A DNA stretch of 64,000 nucleotides from an uncultured Acidobacteriota bacterium (lineage in GTDB: Bacteria > Acidobacteriota > Vicinamibacteria > Vicinamibacterales > 2-12-FULL-66-21): positions 392-64,391 of the forward strand of contig CAWIKL010000004.1 in the NCBI GenBank assembly GCA_963836665.1, given 5' to 3'. Below, piece by piece: positions 55,836 through 64,000 of the stretch. The notes under the pieces were generated by a model. That model was not told the DNA's origin. It worked only from the letters and a program-made list of their open reading frames with translations, and did no database searches. The position numbers were made by a program, and so were the translations under genes. The stretch's first letter is position 1. Every line of letters begins with the position of its first letter.

Positions 55836-57458
55836 CTACAGTGTGACTAGCCAGTGCTGGCCGGCGTCGATCGGCAGCTCCTCCAGGAGCAGCGCGACCA
55901 GGCCCGGGCCGTACTTGTTCAGGAAATAAACGCAGCCGAGCATGCGCTCCTGCGGGTGGCCCTCCGGAAACGCCTGCGCCTGCGCGCGGACGAACTGCCG
56001 CCGCAGCACGTCGTGGCGTTTCTTTGCGGCGTGGATCACCTTCGTGTGCAGCGATTGCAGCTCGTGCTCCATCTTGCCGAGCGTAGTCTTGGCCGCACCG
56101 GCCAGCGTCGGGTCGAGCTGCGGAAGTGCCTGCATGACCCGCGTCATCGCGTCGTCGATCTCCGCGCCGGCGTCGCGCAGCGAGGCTTCGACGTTCGCCG
56201 GCAGCTGCGCTTCGAGCAGCTTGTTCAGCGCCGATTCGTCTGGCGTGCGCAGCTCCTCGAACGGCACGTCGTACTTGCGTAGAAACCGTGTCGCCCCCGA
56301 GTCGAGCAGCGTCGCCGACGTGCGGGGGAAGAGCAGGGGCATCGGCACGCCGAAGGCGTCGTAGACGCCGCGCAGCTGGCCCAGATAGGCGAGCTCGCTC
56401 GGGCCGGCGACGTAGCAGACCGTCGGGAACAGCGTGTCCTGGACGATCGGCCGGAGCAGGACGTTGGGGCTGAACGACGCGGGCGAGGCGGTTGCGGTCT
56501 GGGCCAGCGCCGCCGCGTCGAACGTGCGATCGCCGATGGCCAGCTGATCCCCGCTGCGCTTGATCGGCTTGCGTCCGTCTTCGATCGAGAAGAGGGCGAC
56601 GTTGTCGGCCTGGCTGACGACCTGCGGTGCGTGGCCGCGGGCCGCGAGTTCCTCGCCTGCGCGCGCCGCGAGGGCGGCGGTTTGCCCCGGGTCCGAGAGC
56701 TCCCTGGCGAAGACGCTGGCGACCAGCGGCTTGGCGGCGGGGTCGGCCGACTCGAACACGACCAGGCCGAACGGCCCGAGCACGCGCTCGAGCCAGATGG
56801 CAAAGGCCCGCGCCATGCCGGTACCAGATTTCCACGCCGCGCGCAGGTCGTCGAGCACCGTGGCGGTGAACTCTGACCGCTGCAGCAGGCCGGCCAGCTC
56901 GTCGATCGTTTGCTCGACGCCGTGGTCGAGGGTGAGGTGCGCAATCGGCCGCTCGCCCGCGCCCTCGAGATCCGCCAGCGTCACCGTGCGCGGCTGGAAC
57001 TCGGCGTCGAGCACCGTACAGCTTCGGATTTCCGCCCAGTCGTGATCTTCGGCTTCGACCCAGAAGAGCGCGATCGCCGGCGTGCCGTGCTCGCGCTCGG
57101 TGCGCCGGGCAAGCTGCAGTGCGCTGATCGCTTTGAGCAGCGTATACATGGGGCCGCCAAAGGCGCCGGCCTGCTGACCGGTGACGACAGCGACCGCGGC
57201 GGGATCGGCGAGGCGTGTCGCTGCGCTGCGGGCTTCGGCCGGGGCGCCGCGCTCGTCCTGCTGCGCCCGGATCAGCTCGGCAACGCGCGCGCGGTCGCGA
57301 GGGTGCGCCTGCGCCCGCGTGATGGCCTCGCGCCAGGCGCCGGCGTCGAGGGGATTGCCGGCGTAGAGGTCTTCGACGCGCGAGAAGTTGTAGACGTAGT
57401 CGCCGGCCAGCGGGCGAATCCAGGGAAAGCGCCGCACGTCGATTCCGGTCACACCCAT
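55836..57458 (-). CDS. bshC: bacillithiol biosynthesis cysteine-adding enzyme BshC
   Basis: It has VVTGQQAGAFGGPMYTLLK, FWVEAEDHD and SPNVLLRPIVQDTLFPTVCYVAGPSELAYLGQL. The start is uncertain: ATG 57458 is preferred, and the track ORF extends to a TTG at 57584. Confidence 0.8.
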   Translation of the reverse strand: MGVTGIDVRRFPWIRPLAGDYVYNFSRVEDLYAGNPLDAGAWREAITRAQAHPRDRARVAELIRAQQDERGAPAEARSAATRLADPAAVAVVTGQQAGAFGGPMYTLLKAISALQLARRTEREHGTPAIALFWVEAEDHDWAEIRSCTVLDAEFQPRTVTLADLEGAGERPIAHLTLDHGVEQTIDELAGLLQRSEFTATVLDDLRAAWKSGTGMARAFAIWLERVLGPFGLVVFESADPAAKPLVASVFARELSDPGQTAALAARAGEELAARGHAPQVVSQADNVALFSIEDGRKPIKRSGDQLAIGDRTFDAAALAQTATASPASFSPNVLLRPIVQDTLFPTVCYVAGPSELAYLGQLRGVYDAFGVPMPLLFPRTSATLLDSGATRFLRKYDVPFEELRTPDESALNKLLEAQLPANVEASLRDAGAEIDDAMTRVMQALPQLDPTLAGAAKTTLGKMEHELQSLHTKVIHAAKKRHDVLRRQFVRAQAQAFPEGHPQERMLGCVYFLNKYGPGLVALLLEELPIDAGQHWLVTL

Positions 57459-57694
57459 GCGGCCGGTGGACTGAGGCAACGCGGACGGCTCGGCAGTCAC
57501 GGTGTCGTACTCTCTCAGAGCCATCCGAAACCTGTCAAGGCGCGGCAACATGGCATGACGCTTCTGACGCCATTCCCGCCGCAAAGGATCCCGCGATCCG
57601 TGTTACATTCTCTTGATCTGCCCGAGGAGTTCCGTCGCTGACCACTGAGGACCCGAGCGCATTCTCACCGCCGCCGGCTTTCGGCCCGTTCCGA

Positions 57695-59764
57695 GTGCTG
57701 CACCAGATTGGCATCGGCACGCTTGGTCCCGTATTCCGCACTTACGAACCCAGCCGCGATCGGCTCGTCGCCGTCAAGGCCTTCCGTCTCGACATCGTCC
57801 CAGAGCAGGCGCAGGCGCTGGCGCTCGCGCTGAGCCGCGCTTCGCAGGCCTCGTTGTTCCATCCGTCGATCGTCGAGCCGATCGACGCCGGTGTCGAAGG
57901 GACACTTGCGTATCGCGCCGAGGAGTACGTCGCCGCCGAATCGCTCGACGTGGCGATGCGCCACTACGCCCCCGCGCCACTCGAAAAGGTGCTGCCGTTC
58001 ATCACGCAGCTCGGCGGGGCGATCGATTTCGCACGTGCCGCAGGCGTCGGTCATGGCGGGCTGCATCCGCGTGACATTTTCGTGACACCCGACGAGGCCC
58101 GCGCCACAGGCTTCGGCGTCGTCGATGCGCTGGAGCAGGTCGGCATCCGCGCGCCGATCCGCCGGCCGTATAGCGCGCCCGAACGGATCGCCGGCACGAC
58201 GTGGGGAACGCCGGCCGACGTGTTCTCGCTGGCGGCGATCACCTTCGAGCTGCTGACCGGGAAACGCCCCGCGGGAACAGGCGCACAGATCGGGGCGCTC
58301 CCCGACGGCCCCACCGCCGCCGTCATGCAGGCGGTGCTTGCCCGCGCGATGGACGACGAACCCGCGCGTCGCCATGGGAGCGCGCTGGCGTTCGCCGCTG
58401 CGCTGGAGGCGGCGAGCCAGGGACGGATACTGACGGAAGAGGACGAGAAGACGGCGCGGGCGAGTCTGATTGCGCCGATCGTCCTGCCCGTGTCGGAGCC
58501 GGCGCCGGGAGAGTCCGCTGTCGAAGCGGCGGCCGAACCGGAGGAGGAGGAGACGCTCGACGATCTGGCGATCGCGCACGCCCCCGAGGTGGCGGCGCCC
58601 GCTCCGGCTGCCGAAGCGGCGCGTGAACCGACGCCGGTGCCGTTGTTCGACGCCGCCCCCGATCCGCACCGCGATCGTTTCGTTGACGATTTCGTCGAGG
58701 AAGAGACCCTCACCGCGGACTTGCGCCGCGCGCCGGAAGCGAAGCCGGCGCTTGCGGCTGAGGCCTCTCCGTATGCCGCCACGCCGCGCGAGACGCCGGT
58801 GCCGCACTCCGTGGACGCCGCCCCCCCGATGTTCCGCACCGTCGCCGGAGAGACGGATTTCCCGGATCCCTCCGAACACATGCGCCCGGCGATCCTGCCC
58901 TACGCGCTCGTCGCCGTGCCGATGCTGCTCGTGGGTTTTGCCGGTGGCTATTTCGTCGGCAGCCGGGATCGGATCGCCGCGCCGGCGGAGACCGCGCAGT
59001 ACAGTGACCAGAAAGTAACGCCGTCGTCCGTACCTCCGGCGCCAGCGCCGACTGTTGCCTCAGCGCCGCCGGCCTCTTCGCCGGCCACCGGCGTGCCTGT
59101 TGCACCGCCGGAACCGGCGGCTGCGAAAGGCGCTCCCGGAGGAGCGGCAGCCCCCGCGCCGCCGCCGTCGCGCCCCGCGCCCGAGCCGCACGCGGCGGCC
59201 GTCAGCAAGGGACAGATTGTTGTCCGCTCGCTGCCGACGCACGCCGGTGTATCGCTGAACGGCATGTGGCGCGGCCGCACCCCGCTGACGATCGATGACG
59301 TCGCGTTTGGCAGTTACGTCGTGCGTGTCGTGCAGCCCGGCTATCAGGTCGCGAAAGACGAGTTCACACTGAACGCGCGGACGCCGTCGCGCACGTTCAT
59401 GCCGCGTCTCGAACGCGTGCCCGCGACTGCCTCGCCTGCGCCCGCGCCTACGCTTCCGCCGGGGCGCGAATCTCCGCCGCCCGCGAAAGCCCCGCCCGCG
59501 AAAGCCCCGCCCGTGAAAGCCCCGGCCGCTGAGCCGGCGTCGGCTTCGTCCAACGGATCGCTCTACGTCGATTCGCGGCCGCGCGGCGCGACCGTGTTCG
59601 TCGACGGCAAGAGCGTGGGCCAGACCCCGGTGTCGATCGCTGATGTCCACGTCGGCTCGCATGTCGTGCGCATCGAGATGGACGGCAAGCGGCCGGTGAC
59701 GGCCAACCCCCGCATCGCCGCGGGCAAGACCGAACGGGTCACCGTGTCATTGGAAGACAAGTAG
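57695..59764 (+). CDS. membrane-anchored pseudokinase with two C-terminal PEGA domains
   Basis: It has a kinase fold ([20 protein letters not shown]), but HRD is replaced by HGGLHPRD and DFG by GFG. A Pro/Ala-rich linker, a TM segment ([23 protein letters not shown]) and two PEGA-like modules (..[18 protein letters not shown].. and ..[24 protein letters not shown]..) follow. The N-terminus may be longer, because the in-frame region is open from 57617. Confidence 0.75.
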   Translation: MLHQIGIGTLGPVFRTYEPSRDRLVAVKAFRLDIVPEQAQALALALSRASQASLFHPSIVEPIDAGVEGTLAYRAEEYVAAESLDVAMRHYAPAPLEKVLPFITQLGGAIDFARAAGVGHGGLHPRDIFVTPDEARATGFGVVDALEQVGIRAPIRRPYSAPERIAGTTWGTPADVFSLAAITFELLTGKRPAGTGAQIGALPDGPTAAVMQAVLARAMDDEPARRHGSALAFAAALEAASQGRILTEEDEKTARASLIAPIVLPVSEPAPGESAVEAAAEPEEEETLDDLAIAHAPEVAAPAPAAEAAREPTPVPLFDAAPDPHRDRFVDDFVEEETLTADLRRAPEAKPALAAEASPYAATPRETPVPHSVDAAPPMFRTVAGETDFPDPSEHMRPAILPYALVAVPMLLVGFAGGYFVGSRDRIAAPAETAQYSDQKVTPSSVPPAPAPTVASAPPASSPATGVPVAPPEPAAAKGAPGGAAAPAPPPSRPAPEPHAAAVSKGQIVVRSLPTHAGVSLNGMWRGRTPLTIDDVAFGSYVVRVVQPGYQVAKDEFTLNARTPSRTFMPRLERVPATASPAPAPTLPPGRESPPPAKAPPAKAPPVKAPAAEPASASSNGSLYVDSRPRGATVFVDGKSVGQTPVSIADVHVGSHVVRIEMDGKRPVTANPRIAAGKTERVTVSLEDK
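59479..59523 (+). repeat. 3 x 15-nt in-frame tandem repeat (PAKAP)
   Basis: GCCCGCGAAAGCCCC x2 followed by GCCCGTGAAAGCCCC, located between the two PEGA modules. Confidence 0.85.
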
Positions 59765-59772
59765 AAATATTG

Positions 59773-60915
59773 ATGAAAGCTATTCTGGCCCTGGAAAACG
59801 GTCTCTGGTACGAAGGGGAGTCGGCGGGCGCGGCGGGTGAAGCCGGCGGCGAGGTCGTGTTCAACACGAGCATGACCGGCTACCAGGAGATCCTCACTGA
59901 TCCGTCCTATGCCGGACAGATCGTGACGATGACGGCGCCCGAGATGGGCAACTACGGCGTCGCTCACGACGATCTCGAGTCGCGGGCGCCGACGGTCGCC
60001 GGCTTCATCGTCCGCGAGGAGTCGCCGATCGCGAGCAACTGGCGCGCCGACGGCACACTGCGCGAGTACCTGATGCGCCACGGCATCGTCGCCATCTCCG
60101 GCGTCGACACGCGCGCGCTGACCCGGGTGCTGCGCTCGGCCGGCGTGATGCGCGGCATCCTCGCCACCGGCGACGCCGATCCGCACGTGCTTGTCGATCG
60201 CGCGCAGCAGCTGCCGTCGATGGAAGGATCGGACCTCGTGCTCGGCGTCACCTGCGAGCGTGCGTTCGATTGGGTGCCGTCGTCCGAAAACGGGTCGGGG
60301 CCCGCCGACGCCGAGTTCGCGCCGCCGGTGCAAGCGCGCACGCGCCGCAACCTGCGCGTCGCCGCCTACGACTTCGGCATGAAATGGAACATCCTGCGCC
60401 GGTTCACCGCGTATGGCTGCGACGTGCGGGTCTTTCCCGCCACCGCGCCGGCCGCGGAGCTCGTCGCGGCTGGACCCGACGGCGTCTTCCTCAGCAACGG
60501 CCCGGGCGATCCGGCGGTGCTGTCCTACGCTATCTCCAACGCGAAGCAGCTGATCGAGGCCGACTTGCCGGTGTTCGGCATCTGTCTCGGCCACCAGGTC
60601 CTGTCGCTGGCGCTCGGCGCCGGCACCTACAAGTTGAAGTTCGGCCACCGCGGCGCCAATCACCCGGTCAAGGACCTGGCGAGCGGCAAGATCGAGATCA
60701 CGTCGCAGAATCACGGCTTCGCCGTCGACCCGGCGTCACTGCCGTCCGACGTCAAGGTGACGCACACCAACCTGTACGACGACACCATCGAAGGGCTGCG
60801 CCACACCACGCAGCCGGTGTTCTGCGTGCAGTACCATCCGGAGGCGTCCCCCGGTCCGCATGATGCGGATTACCTGTTCAAACAATTCGTCGAAGAAATG
60901 GAACGGCGCGCGTAA
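59773..60915 (+). CDS. carA: carbamoyl-phosphate synthase small subunit
   Basis: It has [25 protein letters not shown] and the GATase triad context GICLGHQ and ..[12 protein letters not shown]. Confidence 0.95.
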   Translation: MKAILALENGLWYEGESAGAAGEAGGEVVFNTSMTGYQEILTDPSYAGQIVTMTAPEMGNYGVAHDDLESRAPTVAGFIVREESPIASNWRADGTLREYLMRHGIVAISGVDTRALTRVLRSAGVMRGILATGDADPHVLVDRAQQLPSMEGSDLVLGVTCERAFDWVPSSENGSGPADAEFAPPVQARTRRNLRVAAYDFGMKWNILRRFTAYGCDVRVFPATAPAAELVAAGPDGVFLSNGPGDPAVLSYAISNAKQLIEADLPVFGICLGHQVLSLALGAGTYKLKFGHRGANHPVKDLASGKIEITSQNHGFAVDPASLPSDVKVTHTNLYDDTIEGLRHTTQPVFCVQYHPEASPGPHDADYLFKQFVEEMERRA

Positions 60916-60918
60916 TCG

Positions 60919-64000
<3,082 letters not shown>

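Overview
High-GC (roughly 65-70%) bacterial chromosome segment. It is probably Acidobacteriota: I infer this from a PadR plus ADOP-type duplicated FtsX permease pair and many PEP-CTERM proteins. Positions 1-19.2 kb form an accessory exosortase/PEP-CTERM region. It holds EpsI, an exosortase, three paralogous ~760-aa PrsT-like TPR lipoproteins and three PEP-CTERM substrate genes, each preceded by a sigma-54 type -24/-12 promoter. It also holds a double-VanZ membrane protein, a TIGR03790-like/YvcK-like operon, a 75-aa ORF with its own sigma-54 promoter, a receiver-less sigma-54 activator and an orphan receiver. The rest is mostly housekeeping: leuS-lptE-[bactofilin pair]-holA, rpsT, alaS, recX, pilT, ilvE, rsmE, prmA-dnaJ-grpE-hrcA with a CIRCE operator, PBP1A, bshC and carAB. 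Small lower-GC islets interrupt it: a two-gene cassette bracketed by inverted GATC-octamer arrays, a decayed DUF433/PIN-like toxin-antitoxin islet, and a fourth PEP-CTERM gene. A 7-nt tandem repeat sits in frame inside leuS. About 19 reading-frame breaks are visible, most of them single-base and several in homopolymers. They affect accessory and some housekeeping genes, so many ORF-track entries are fragments of one gene. This is either indel error in the assembly or real decay, and I cannot tell which from the sequence. The many long ORFs antisense to real genes are high-GC artefacts. I saw no rRNA, tRNA, CRISPR array or transposase.
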